This document shows, piece by piece, positions 9,271-19,393 of a stretch of DNA of 64,000 nucleotides. The position numbers and the translations under genes were made by a program. The DNA lies in assembly GCA_965222225.1 (NCBI GenBank), contig CBDCTK010000002.1, forward strand, positions 3,136,001 through 3,200,000. The letters are read 5' to 3'. Origin of the DNA: Candidatus Poribacteria bacterium (GTDB taxonomy: Bacteria > Poribacteria > WGA-4E > JAJDTR01). How positions within the stretch are numbered: the first letter of the stretch is position 1; the number at the start of each line of letters is the position of its first letter. The notes beneath the pieces are model-generated. The model made no database searches. It was not told the DNA's origin and saw only the letters and a program-made list of their open reading frames with translations.

Positions 9271-11244
9271 ATGATTAGAAGGCTTCATCCCGATTTTCAC
9301 ATTCCTGAGTATGTAACGAGTGTGGCTTCGGAGTTTGATGGCGATGATTTTGCCGATTCGCTGGTTGATGCACACATAGATTCGGTCGTCATATTCGCCA
9401 AGTGTATGTACGGATTGGGATATTGGAACACGACGACTGGTAAGCGTCACCCCGGGTTAGGTGAGGCGGATTTCTTCGGCGAAGCCACGGAGGCGTGCCG
9501 TCGTCGCGGTATTGAGGTGCTGGCTTATTTTTACCCTCTTATCGAAGCTGCGCTTGATGACGACGATAAATGGCAACAACGAGATCAAGAGGGAAAACCG
9601 TGTCGATTTCAGTGTCCGAATTCGGAATATACGGAAGCATTTCTACTACCCCAGATGAGGGAAGTGACTCGGAATTATCCGATTTCGGGTTGGCATGTGG
9701 ACGGAATTGTCTTGACCTCTGGTGGCTGTTGGTGCGATCGATGTCGCACGCTCATGGAGGATGAAGGAACGGACGCGAATGTACCCGAAGCGGTGCAGGA
9801 ATTTTCTCGGCGTACGATTGCCAGACTCGCCCAACGAATGACTGAAGCGGTGCGCCCGGAACGTGACGGGCTTATCCTCAGCTACAACAATCTTGTAAAG
9901 ATAGGTTGCTATCCGCAAGTTCAGTGGTCCGATGTCGTAGACATAGAAGTTTATAACGTCTTACAAGGCTTGAACTTCAACTTCAGTAGGGACGTGCTGT
10001 ACCACGAGGACATCGGTGCGATGAGAGCTTCTGTGTTTAGTCGACACATTCGCACAATTGGGCGCGACTTCGCTGTCACAACGTGCTGTCGGACACGCGG
10101 CGTTGCGGTGTACGGATCGGTATCCACTGCCGAAGAGTTACGCTATAGCGCGGGACTAGGGCTGGCATTAGGAGGATACTGCCAATTCATAAATGAAATG
10201 CTTCCCGAAGGAAAGATGGAGCCTCCACTTCTCACCCGCGTAAAAGATGCGTACCAGTTCGTCAAAGAAAGAGAACGCTGGTGCATCGGGGCAAAGCCGG
10301 TATGTCATACCGCGGTTTTGGGCGCCACCGAACCGGGAACGGGCGAGGCAGCCTGCGTCCAAGGATCGCTTTCTGGGCTTATGGGGGCGGCACGTCTCAT
10401 GAAAGCGTCTCACCTGCCGTTTGATGTCGTAGATGAGAATGCGGATCTTTCCCCCTACAAGCTAGTGATACTACCGGAAACAGAGGTGACCGATCCCGAT
10501 GCGCTCGCTCGGTTACGCGAATACGTGCGAAACGGAGGCGTTTTACTGGCAACGGGAGACGCCACAATCGGAGAGGATGGGCAACTAGGGCTGTCGGATG
10601 TCTTCGGCGTGACATGTCAGGGAAAAGGTGATGACATCTCCTATTTTCAACTCGGCACACGCCTTTCTGCGAATCTGATAGATATGATTCGAGTGGTGCG
10701 GGGGGAATGGTTGCGCGTTAAGCCGGCCGCCGGTGTTGAACGGTTGGCGGAAATTGTGCGGCCTCGACTTGCGGACGCAGGTTTGCCGATTGGCCATGGG
10801 AAACCCCCTGAAAAGGAGGATTCGGGTTGGCCCGCACTTGTTCGAACTCAATTTGGGGATGGATGGGCAGCGTATTCTCCGGCGCCAATCTTCGCGGACT
10901 TCGACGAAGCACCCGATGAGGAACAACGGTGCTTCCTAAACAATATCGTGGAGTTGGTCGCCCCGAGCAGTGAGAGACCCATGCTCATTCCGGATTTGTC
11001 CCCCTCCGCCGAGATTTCATTGATGACGTTAGATGGAATGTGGGTTCTTCACATCCTAAGGGGAGGGGAGACAGCGCCACCCGAATTGAGAGATTTGGCA
11101 GTAACGCTGCGGCCCGATTTTGAGCCAAGCCGCGTCTATCTTGCTCCAGAGCAAGAGCCTATCCCCTTCCATTTCGAGGATTCAACACTACAGTTGACGC
11201 TGCCCCGCGCGGGAAGTCACACAATCGTGGTGTTAGAACCCTGA
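9271..11244 (+). CDS. Putative glycoside hydrolase (GHL6/alpha-fucosidase-like TIM barrel plus beta-galactosidase trimerisation-like domain)
   Basis: LHPDFH, FAKCMYG..Y, HPGL...D..GE...AC...GIEVLAY, GWHVDG and CWCDRC; later LSPYKLVILPE...YVRNGGVLLATG. Confidence 0.75.
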   Translation: MIRRLHPDFHIPEYVTSVASEFDGDDFADSLVDAHIDSVVIFAKCMYGLGYWNTTTGKRHPGLGEADFFGEATEACRRRGIEVLAYFYPLIEAALDDDDKWQQRDQEGKPCRFQCPNSEYTEAFLLPQMREVTRNYPISGWHVDGIVLTSGGCWCDRCRTLMEDEGTDANVPEAVQEFSRRTIARLAQRMTEAVRPERDGLILSYNNLVKIGCYPQVQWSDVVDIEVYNVLQGLNFNFSRDVLYHEDIGAMRASVFSRHIRTIGRDFAVTTCCRTRGVAVYGSVSTAEELRYSAGLGLALGGYCQFINEMLPEGKMEPPLLTRVKDAYQFVKERERWCIGAKPVCHTAVLGATEPGTGEAACVQGSLSGLMGAARLMKASHLPFDVVDENADLSPYKLVILPETEVTDPDALARLREYVRNGGVLLATGDATIGEDGQLGLSDVFGVTCQGKGDDISYFQLGTRLSANLIDMIRVVRGEWLRVKPAAGVERLAEIVRPRLADAGLPIGHGKPPEKEDSGWPALVRTQFGDGWAAYSPAPIFADFDEAPDEEQRCFLNNIVELVAPSSERPMLIPDLSPSAEISLMTLDGMWVLHILRGGETAPPELRDLAVTLRPDFEPSRVYLAPEQEPIPFHFEDSTLQLTLPRAGSHTIVVLEP

Positions 11245-11409
11245 GATTTTCAGTCATTCACGGATTGAGTTAGAGAGCTAAGCGTGCGAGAACAACCAAC
11301 TTTGACCCTCCACGTCAAGCATGTAGTTGAACACGGAAAGCGCTTTGCGTTCTATAGGATTTCTTGGTAATTGCTTTAATCTGTTCGTTGCGAGGAGGTT
11401 TTCGATTCT

Positions 11410-12177
11410 ATGGCTGAAGTTGACATAGATCTTGAATTGTATCATCGCCAGGGCTTCTTGGCGGGGTTCCAAATCTTTGAGGAGGATGAATGCCCGCGGT
11501 TATTGGAGCTATATTGGCGGTTACGCAAGCTATTGCCGTCCGGTATGTCGACGCAAGAGATGGACTGGTGGCATGCCACGGATAGAGAATTGTGGGAACT
11601 TTGCAAGCATCCCAAAATCTTAGATTATGTTGAATCAATTTTGGGACCGGATTTCTTCCTATGGGGCACCCAATTCTTTAGCAAGGAACCCGGAGACGCC
11701 AACACAACCCCCTGGCACCAAGACGCCTTTTATTGGCCGCTGTCACCGCACAATGCCGTCACGGTGTGGCTCGCTTTTGCCGATAGCGATGAAGGAAACG
11801 GAGCAATGATGGTCGTACCGGGGTCGCATCGCGCCGGTAAATTGAAGTATCGTAAGACGACACGGGACTCGGATGTTCTCGACATGGTGTTAGAACATGG
11901 CGAGTTCCACGAAGCGGAAGCAGTTCCGCTTATTTTGAAGGCGGGCCAAATCAGCTTGCACGATGACAACATCATCCATGGCTCCGCACCGAATCATTCC
12001 GACCGGCTGCGCTGCGGTCTCACTATGCGATATTCTGCCGGCGAGGTGCGTGGCGACCTGTCGGTATGGCCATTCTTCAAGGCATTTTGGGTGCGCGGCG
12101 TGGACCGGTGGGGACACAATCCGGTTGGTGTGCCGCCGAAGGGAGAAATGACGCACTACATCCAAGTTGCCGGTTAA
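11410..12177 (+). CDS. PhyH-family dioxygenase
   Basis: FFSKEPG, PWHQD, TVWLA, NGAMMVVPGSH and HGSAPN.SDRLR. Confidence 0.92.
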   Translation: MAEVDIDLELYHRQGFLAGFQIFEEDECPRLLELYWRLRKLLPSGMSTQEMDWWHATDRELWELCKHPKILDYVESILGPDFFLWGTQFFSKEPGDANTTPWHQDAFYWPLSPHNAVTVWLAFADSDEGNGAMMVVPGSHRAGKLKYRKTTRDSDVLDMVLEHGEFHEAEAVPLILKAGQISLHDDNIIHGSAPNHSDRLRCGLTMRYSAGEVRGDLSVWPFFKAFWVRGVDRWGHNPVGVPPKGEMTHYIQVAG

Positions 12178-12285
12178 CCGCATTGTACACGTAGGATTTA
12201 GCAACGGGAAACTACTATTTTCTTCGTCCGACCTTACATCTGGTAAGAAACTTTTCTCACCAATTTCAAGTCAGGAGGGTTAATC

Positions 12286-13287
12286 ATGATAAGACGCAGT
12301 TGTCCGAGTACACCATCTCATACTACAGAAAACCGCCTTGCCTTTGTTCTGATTCTAGCCTTGGCATTGATGAGTATCGAGCAGGGCGTCCAGGCACAGA
12401 TTGCCTTTTCGTCGGATCGCGGCGGAGATGTCGACATCTATGTGATGGATGAGGATGGAAAGAACGTGGTGCAACTCACCAATCACCCGCGAGTCGACTC
12501 TAGTCCAGCTTGGTCTCCAGATGGCAGACGAATCGCGTTTAGTTCGTTGCGGGATGAACCACCGAATACTCATGGAAACTCGGAAATCTATATCATGGAT
12601 GCGGATGGTGGCAATCCCATGCGGTTGACTCAGGAACCCCAAATCGATACACTGCCCGCCTGGTCACCGGACGGAAAACGGATTGCATTTGCCTCCAACC
12701 GACATGGAACTGGCGACATATATTTGATGAACGCTGCCGGCGGGAATGTGACGCGTCTTACCCATGATGATACGAATGGTGTTTCATACGATTGGGCTCC
12801 TGCATGGTCGCCAAACGGACGGTTCATTGCCTTTGAATCCACCCGCGGCGGTCGCGGATCCGATATTTGGTTGATGAAGCCCGATGGAACTAAACCTATC
12901 CAATTAAGCAAACACGCTGGCCATGATACTTCGCCCGCATGGTCACCGGACGGAATACAGATTGCGTTTGCCTCTCGAGATGGGAAGAACTTCACTTGGG
13001 AAATCCATCGCATAGATGTAGATGGTGGCGGCATAAAGAATCTGACGAACAATTTAGCAAATGACAAATACCCCGCATGGTCACCGGGTGGAGAGATGAT
13101 TGCTTTTAGCTCTGATCGGGATGGAGATTCTGACATTTACGTGATGAACCCCGATGGTGAGGATGTGTTTAGGCTTACAGATCATCCGGCATACGACTTT
13201 ACTCCATCTTGGTTCCCCGGTACGTTAGCGGTTTCGCCGCGAGGAAAGTTGCCAACTCAATGGGCGGCTATCAAGAGCAAACGGTAG
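12286..13287 (+). CDS. Secreted TolB-like PD40 beta-propeller protein
   Basis: Signal peptide ending VQA; five PAWSP(D/N/G)G..IAF repeats plus a final PSW; tail LAVSPRGKLPTQWAAIK. Confidence 0.9.
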   Translation: MIRRSCPSTPSHTTENRLAFVLILALALMSIEQGVQAQIAFSSDRGGDVDIYVMDEDGKNVVQLTNHPRVDSSPAWSPDGRRIAFSSLRDEPPNTHGNSEIYIMDADGGNPMRLTQEPQIDTLPAWSPDGKRIAFASNRHGTGDIYLMNAAGGNVTRLTHDDTNGVSYDWAPAWSPNGRFIAFESTRGGRGSDIWLMKPDGTKPIQLSKHAGHDTSPAWSPDGIQIAFASRDGKNFTWEIHRIDVDGGGIKNLTNNLANDKYPAWSPGGEMIAFSSDRDGDSDIYVMNPDGEDVFRLTDHPAYDFTPSWFPGTLAVSPRGKLPTQWAAIKSKR

Positions 13288-13485
13288 AAGTACATCGCGT
13301 GGTATGCCTATCAACGTGGTTCAATCAAGCAGTGGGCGATGGACTTTACTGCTATCAAGGAATATGCCCCGGATTCTTGAGTAGGAATTGCCTAAAAACG
13401 GACGCTGCAATCTGCAATACCTCGGAGAGTTAGCCACAATTAGCGCCTTTATTGGTCGTGAAGGAAATTGTAGATTGCATCAAGT

Positions 13486-15441
13486 TTGAGGGTTTTCGCG
13501 CGTATGCCCGATAACAAGCCTAAGAGAGAAGTAGGTGTCACCGGAAGAGCTGTCTGTATTGCCTTAGTCCTAATTCCACTTAATTGTTATTGGTGTATAC
13601 GGCAGGGGGAAATATCGTCCAATACCCCTACAACGCTTTCCCTCATATTCACCGCCGTATTTTCGCTTTTCTTTCTGACGATAATCAACACGTTCGTTCT
13701 CCGGCGGTTCTTCACCCGATTCGCTCTATCGCAAGGCGAATTTTTGACAATCTACATCATGATATGTTTGGCTTCAATCATGAGTGGATTTGATACAACT
13801 CAGGTTTTTTCCGCCGTCATCGGCCATGCGTTTTGGTTCTCTACGCCAGAAAACGAGTGGAAGCAGCTACTGGGCCCATATCTTCCGAGTTGGCTCGCAG
13901 TGTCGGACATGAAGGCACTTGAGGGATATTACGTAGGGGGCTCAAGTTTTTATCAACCCTCGTTTATCAAGAAATGGTTCAAACCGGTCCTGTTTTGGTC
14001 GACATTCTTGGTCGCCATTGCGTGGGTGGCGCTATGTTTTAACACCCTTTTGAGGAAACAATGGGTAGAAAGAGAGAAACTCGCATATCCCATCATCCAA
14101 ATCCCGCTTGCTGTAACCACGGGCAGCGGTTTACTCACATTATTCAGAAGTAAGCTCTTTTGGATTGCTTTCATAGTCGCAGGAAGTCTTGATACGCTAA
14201 ACTCTTTGCATGCGCTCTTCCCCAGCATCCCCGGAATCCCAAATCGCGGATTAACAATCCACCAATTTTTCACCGAAAAACCTTGGAGCGCCGTAGGCAT
14301 TCTCAGAGTTGAACTGATGCCATTCAGCATCGGTATGGCTTTCTTTTTGCCTTTGGATCTATCCTTTTCCGTCTGGTTTTTATTCCTATTTCAGAAGATA
14401 TTGAAGGTGGCGTTCAGCGCGCTGGGAATCAGGCCAAGTCAATTTTATATCGGGTTCTATGAAGAATTATTGCCGTATCATAGCCAGCAAACATCGGGCG
14501 GGTATTTTGCGCTGGGGGTCTTGGCGTTACTGAAAAGCCGGCGGCACCTGTTACGGGTGTGCAAGTCAATCTTCGGAGTGAAAGGCGGCGACGAGGATGC
14601 TTCGGAGCCGATGGGTTATAGGACGGCATTCTTGGGAATGCTCCTTGGATTCGCTTTCTTGGCTGTTTTCTGTCTCAAAGCCGGAATTACTTTATGGGTC
14701 ATCGCCCTGTTTTTTCTCTTCTTTTTCGTGATGTCCATCGGGATTGCGAGAATGCGGGCAGAACTAGGACCACCTTCGCACGATGTGTGGTCAGCCTCCG
14801 CCGACCAGATGATAATGTCCGCCTTCGGGTCAAGGCGTGTCGGTTCGCCTAACATCGCAATGTTCACGTTATTTTACGGTATCACGCGCTCCCAAAGAAA
14901 TGAGCCCATGCCCCATCAGTTGGAAGGCTTCAAGATGGCGGAGAGGACGGGCATTAGCGGCAAGCGATTGGTATATGCGATGATGCTGTCCAGTGTTCTT
15001 GGCGCGATATTGGGGTTCTGGATTATTCTTGATAGATCGTATAAACACGGCAATGACTTCTGGTTTGCGGGCGAGATATTCGCCAAGACTCAGCGGTGGA
15101 TGCACCATCCGACTGACACCAAACTTGACGAAACGGTGGCGATGGTTTTCGGCTTCGGCTTCACCATGTTTCTAGCCGCGATGCGTCGCTTTCTCTGGTG
15201 GCCCATTCATCCGATTTCTTACCCCTTGATTCTGCTCGACTATACGGTGCGCATGATGTGGATTAATTTTATCATCGCCTGGTTCGTTAAGTGGATAGCG
15301 CTAAAATATGGCGGATTGAAAGTTTATCGAAACCTGATCCCGTTCTTTTCAGGTTTACTGCTGGGGGAATTTATCATTGGAGGCGGATGGAGTTTAATAG
15401 GTATGATTTTCAATGTACCCGTGTATGCCTTCTGGCATTGA
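13486..15441 (+). CDS. DUF6785/DUF6784-type polytopic membrane protein, copy 2
   Basis: RKQWVEREKLAYPI, FFLPLDLSFSVWF, RMRAELG and WWPIHPISY; true start may be ATG 13504. Confidence 0.8.
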   Translation: MRVFARMPDNKPKREVGVTGRAVCIALVLIPLNCYWCIRQGEISSNTPTTLSLIFTAVFSLFFLTIINTFVLRRFFTRFALSQGEFLTIYIMICLASIMSGFDTTQVFSAVIGHAFWFSTPENEWKQLLGPYLPSWLAVSDMKALEGYYVGGSSFYQPSFIKKWFKPVLFWSTFLVAIAWVALCFNTLLRKQWVEREKLAYPIIQIPLAVTTGSGLLTLFRSKLFWIAFIVAGSLDTLNSLHALFPSIPGIPNRGLTIHQFFTEKPWSAVGILRVELMPFSIGMAFFLPLDLSFSVWFLFLFQKILKVAFSALGIRPSQFYIGFYEELLPYHSQQTSGGYFALGVLALLKSRRHLLRVCKSIFGVKGGDEDASEPMGYRTAFLGMLLGFAFLAVFCLKAGITLWVIALFFLFFFVMSIGIARMRAELGPPSHDVWSASADQMIMSAFGSRRVGSPNIAMFTLFYGITRSQRNEPMPHQLEGFKMAERTGISGKRLVYAMMLSSVLGAILGFWIILDRSYKHGNDFWFAGEIFAKTQRWMHHPTDTKLDETVAMVFGFGFTMFLAAMRRFLWWPIHPISYPLILLDYTVRMMWINFIIAWFVKWIALKYGGLKVYRNLIPFFSGLLLGEFIIGGGWSLIGMIFNVPVYAFWH

Positions 15442-15613
15442 TTGGTGACAAACTTGACCGAGATGCCGTCGCAAGTCAAATCCACGGCAAGAGAAAGGTT
15501 TTCCGAGTTTTTTCATTTCGCCTTGATTCCACATTGATACGACTATTCCACTGTCTCGACCCCAACACCCAAATTCGGCGCACTATAGCCCCATGTTTTA
15601 GCGGAGAATTAAA

Positions 15614-17398
15614 GTGGTAAAAATATACTCAAGATGGGTTGGGAGAAAGATTAACCGGTTGCATGTAGCAATACTCGCGCTGGTTTTGACTTCCCTCATC
15701 TTGAGAATACCCATTCTCCTTCTAAGGTGCTTCTGTCCAGATGAATTTCAGCATCTGCACGCCATCCGATCCGTTGTTCATGGAATGGTTCCGTACCGTG
15801 ACTTTTTTGAACATCACACCCCATTTCTCTATTACTTTCTTGCTCCCGTTTATGCTATCGTAGGTGATAACATTAGTATGTTATTCTATAGCCGAGCCAT
15901 TATGCTCCTATTTACAGGCGGCATCATCTACCTCGTTTATAAACTCGGCAAAATGGTCTACGGGGCAGATACAGGTTGGATAGGCGCGTTATTTGTTGCC
16001 TACAACATGATGTTTATGGACAAAACCATCGAGACGCGACCGGACTTGCCCGGCATGGTTTTTTGGCTTCTTACCCTAATCTTTTTCATTGAGGGAATAA
16101 AGTGCAAACAGCGCAAATACTATCTCCTCACCGGTGGGTGTATTGCGTTAGCCATTCTGTGCACGCCGAAGATGTTGTTTGGGGGCATTGGGCTATTTCT
16201 TGCCACAATGTGGCTTCTTATTGACAAGCGTGCGGGGAACACGCTAAAGGAATCGGGCAGTGCTATTGCTTGGATGGCTTTGGGTGTCGCCATTCCTACG
16301 GGGGTAACATGTATCTATTTTGGGATAAATCAGGGCTTGGATGATTTTGTCTACAGGAATTTCACCATGAACCTTGGCTGGCGGCATAGAAACTCTCTAA
16401 GCGCCACTTGGTCGTATTGGTTGTATAATGTTGCACGAAACCCCTTCTTCTCGGTATTTAGCCTCACCGGCTTGGCAATTGCTTCATACCGTTTGAAATC
16501 CAAAAATGACATCATAAAGGGGGCATTTGTCCCCGTGATCGCAACCTACGCACTCATCGGAGCCCTTTTCCTGATTCCCGAAGCCTATGGACAGTATTTT
16601 GTGTTCTTTCTCATCCTCCTTGCTATTTTTTCCGGGTTGACTGTCTCGACGATAATGAACCGTGTTTCCCTATCAGGGCTTAAGGAGATGCTGAGAACAA
16701 GAAAATTCGATTTCGTTGTCTACGGTTTGATAGGCATAGCGACGACTGTTGCACTGGGTTACGCGCTCGTCGACAGCAAGCCCAAACTTCCCTTTTTGTC
16801 CAGTCCCGGTGGCAATAATCTTTGTTCTCATGCTTGTTTCCCTGCAGCCGGCCAGCTGCCGTATTCAGGTCTTATCTATCTTGCTGTCTGGACGTGCCTT
16901 CTGGTTGGTGCATTATGGGTCTTCCTCCATAAACGGCAGTACGCCGCCGATTCGACCTCAAAACGGCGGGTGGCGACATTCCTACTTCTGCTTGGGATCT
17001 TTATGTATCCTCTGAGTGAAGTCGCATCACAGGTGAAGCGCACGAACGCATTAACGCTGAAGGAGATCCAGTTTGTCCTAGACAACACTTCGGAAGACGA
17101 TTATGTCATTGACGGCTTTCACGGATCTGGCGTCTTTAGACACCATACTTACTATTACCATTTCGTGCATGTCGGGGTTCGCATGATGATGACGGAAAAA
17201 GAACTCTCCACAGATATCGTGTCGGCGATGCGTGAGAAGCTGCCAAAAATTGTGGTATATGACGGCGACCTACAAAGCACGTCGGAAGCTGTCAAACAGT
17301 ATGTCAAGGAACACTATGAACCGACAGGCGTTGGCGACCTCCACATCCTGAAAGAGACCGAGTTAGAGCCAAGGAAGAGTTCACCAATAGAAGATTAG
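15614..17398 (+). CDS. GT-C fold membrane glycosyltransferase (ArnT/PMT, GT39/GT83-like)
   Basis: N-terminal helix then DEFQH...GMVPYRDFFEHHTP and ETRPD; many TM helices and a soluble C-terminal domain. Confidence 0.8.
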   Translation: MVKIYSRWVGRKINRLHVAILALVLTSLILRIPILLLRCFCPDEFQHLHAIRSVVHGMVPYRDFFEHHTPFLYYFLAPVYAIVGDNISMLFYSRAIMLLFTGGIIYLVYKLGKMVYGADTGWIGALFVAYNMMFMDKTIETRPDLPGMVFWLLTLIFFIEGIKCKQRKYYLLTGGCIALAILCTPKMLFGGIGLFLATMWLLIDKRAGNTLKESGSAIAWMALGVAIPTGVTCIYFGINQGLDDFVYRNFTMNLGWRHRNSLSATWSYWLYNVARNPFFSVFSLTGLAIASYRLKSKNDIIKGAFVPVIATYALIGALFLIPEAYGQYFVFFLILLAIFSGLTVSTIMNRVSLSGLKEMLRTRKFDFVVYGLIGIATTVALGYALVDSKPKLPFLSSPGGNNLCSHACFPAAGQLPYSGLIYLAVWTCLLVGALWVFLHKRQYAADSTSKRRVATFLLLLGIFMYPLSEVASQVKRTNALTLKEIQFVLDNTSEDDYVIDGFHGSGVFRHHTYYYHFVHVGVRMMMTEKELSTDIVSAMREKLPKIVVYDGDLQSTSEAVKQYVKEHYEPTGVGDLHILKETELEPRKSSPIED

Positions 17399-17413
17399 AG
17401 TAGATAAAGGACT

Positions 17414-19318
17414 TTGGAAAAAGGCAAAATTCGTACTCACGTTTTTCTAATCGCGATTCCCCTGATTGTTGCCAATTCCTCTTGGCTCAATGCCAACTGG
17501 GGCGCCGGAGGATACATCACGGGGCAGAGTTTTCCGACGATTGTGAGCCTTTATTTCAATGCAATTTTCGCCCTTACCGTGCTCATCGGTGTCAATTTTT
17601 GCCTTCGCCAATTCTCGGCGCGTCTGGCGTTCAGCAACGCGGAACTGTTGGCGCTATACACCATGCTCGTCGTCGCATCGGCAGTAGCGGGACACGATAC
17701 CCTCCAGATTTTATGGCCTATGGTCACCTACCCTATCTGGTTCAATACCCCCGAGAACGAATGGGCAATTTTTCATCCGTACATACCGGATTGGTTGACG
17801 ATTAAGGACAAAAGTAGCCTCACCTCCTTCTATCAAGGTGAGTCAAGTCTCCACATCGGAGAACACTTCGCTCTATGGTTCCCGCCGATATTATGGTGGT
17901 CTGTTTTCTTTATCATTCTCACGCTGGCGATGCTTTTCATCGTCGTGCTGGTAAGAGCACAATGGATAAGACACGAGAAACTTTCATATCCCATCATCAG
18001 GATGCCGATGGCAATGACGGCGGAAGAAGGGAGGTTTTTCAAGAACAGGCTGATGTGGATTGGTTTCTGCATCGCCGGTGTAATCAACCTTGTTAACGGT
18101 CTGCATTTCCTCTTTCCCAGAGTTCCCGGACTCGGAGGCTCGTGGTACGACATCGGAGCCCTGTTTGATATGAAACCGTTTTCCGCTATCGGGACAACAC
18201 CGATTGCTGTCTTTCCCTTTACTGTCGGCTTGAGTTTCTTCATTCCGGTCGATCTCTCGTTTTCGATCTGGTTCTTCTACCTGTTCCGCAAGCTAACACG
18301 CATTGTCGGAGACGCAGTAGGCCTAACCCGCATCCCCGAGTTTCCCTACACCGAAGATCAATCCACCGGTGCCTGGGTTGGTTTGGCGCTGGTAGTTGGG
18401 TGGATGGGCAGGAAATATTTTCTTGAGCAACTCAAAACAGCAGGTCGAACCGGAAAACCGTTAGGAGACGAACCAATCTCCGCTCGAACCGCCCTCATTG
18501 GGCTCCTATTTGCGGGGATTTTCTTAATCGGCTTCTGCTGGATAGCCAATGTGTCGCTGTTGCCAATCCTTGCCTATTTTTTCCTATTCTTTGCGCTTGG
18601 GTTCGCAATTACGCGCGTGCGCGCCGAGGCTGGCCCCCCATCTCATCATGTTTTTACACAACCTACGACAATATTAACGACGTTCTTTGGTCCGCGATGG
18701 GTCGGCACCTCGGGACTAACGCTTTTCAGCTTTTTTCGCGGATTCAACCGCTCTTATCGAAATCACCCGATGCCGAGCCTGCTAGAAGGATTCGCCATCT
18801 CCGCCCATCGGAACATTAAGAGTAGCACACTGTTCTGGGCAATCGCCCTTGCGGTGATTGTCGGAACATTGTCATCCGCTTGGTCGTATTATGCCCAAGC
18901 CTATACCTACGGCGGAGCGCTCTATGGCGAGCAAAATCAATGCCGCTGGTACTATGATGAGCTGGCTCAATGGGTCTCCAATCCATCGCCGCCGGATGCA
19001 AAAGGCATTGCCGCCGCCTTAACAGGTGGCGGGTTTACCGCGCTGCTCATGGCGCTTCGATATCGGTTCTTTTGGTGGCCCTTTCACCCAGCGGGGTACG
19101 CGCTATCGTTGGGCGAGTGGAACATGAATTGGTACTGGTTCTCTATCTTCATTGGTTGGGGGTTAAAGCTGATTGTCCTCAAGTTTAGAGGGATTCAAAC
19201 ACATAGGCAAGCGCTCCCGTTCTTTATGGGGTTGATTTTGGGAGAGTTCATCATGGGTGCCGCGTGGACGCTATTGGGCATCTCCATACAGCAGCCGATG
19301 TACCGGTTTATGCCCTAG
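17414..19318 (+). CDS. DUF6785/DUF6784-type polytopic membrane protein, copy 3
   Basis: RAQWIRHEKLSYPI, FFIPVDLSFSIWFF, RVRAEAG, WWPFHPAGY and PFFMGLILGEF. Confidence 0.8.
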   Translation: MEKGKIRTHVFLIAIPLIVANSSWLNANWGAGGYITGQSFPTIVSLYFNAIFALTVLIGVNFCLRQFSARLAFSNAELLALYTMLVVASAVAGHDTLQILWPMVTYPIWFNTPENEWAIFHPYIPDWLTIKDKSSLTSFYQGESSLHIGEHFALWFPPILWWSVFFIILTLAMLFIVVLVRAQWIRHEKLSYPIIRMPMAMTAEEGRFFKNRLMWIGFCIAGVINLVNGLHFLFPRVPGLGGSWYDIGALFDMKPFSAIGTTPIAVFPFTVGLSFFIPVDLSFSIWFFYLFRKLTRIVGDAVGLTRIPEFPYTEDQSTGAWVGLALVVGWMGRKYFLEQLKTAGRTGKPLGDEPISARTALIGLLFAGIFLIGFCWIANVSLLPILAYFFLFFALGFAITRVRAEAGPPSHHVFTQPTTILTTFFGPRWVGTSGLTLFSFFRGFNRSYRNHPMPSLLEGFAISAHRNIKSSTLFWAIALAVIVGTLSSAWSYYAQAYTYGGALYGEQNQCRWYYDELAQWVSNPSPPDAKGIAAALTGGGFTALLMALRYRFFWWPFHPAGYALSLGEWNMNWYWFSIFIGWGLKLIVLKFRGIQTHRQALPFFMGLILGEFIMGAAWTLLGISIQQPMYRFMP

Positions 19319-19393
19319 ACTATAGTAGGGAAAGACAGGTATGCATAGGAAAATATTGAGAAGAACGCTTGATAAAACCAAACGAATCTCTTA

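Noticed and set aside
12490-13220. Recurrent (C)TGGTC(A/G/T)CC DNA repeats
   Set aside because: They are the codons of the PD40 WSP motif within the protein.
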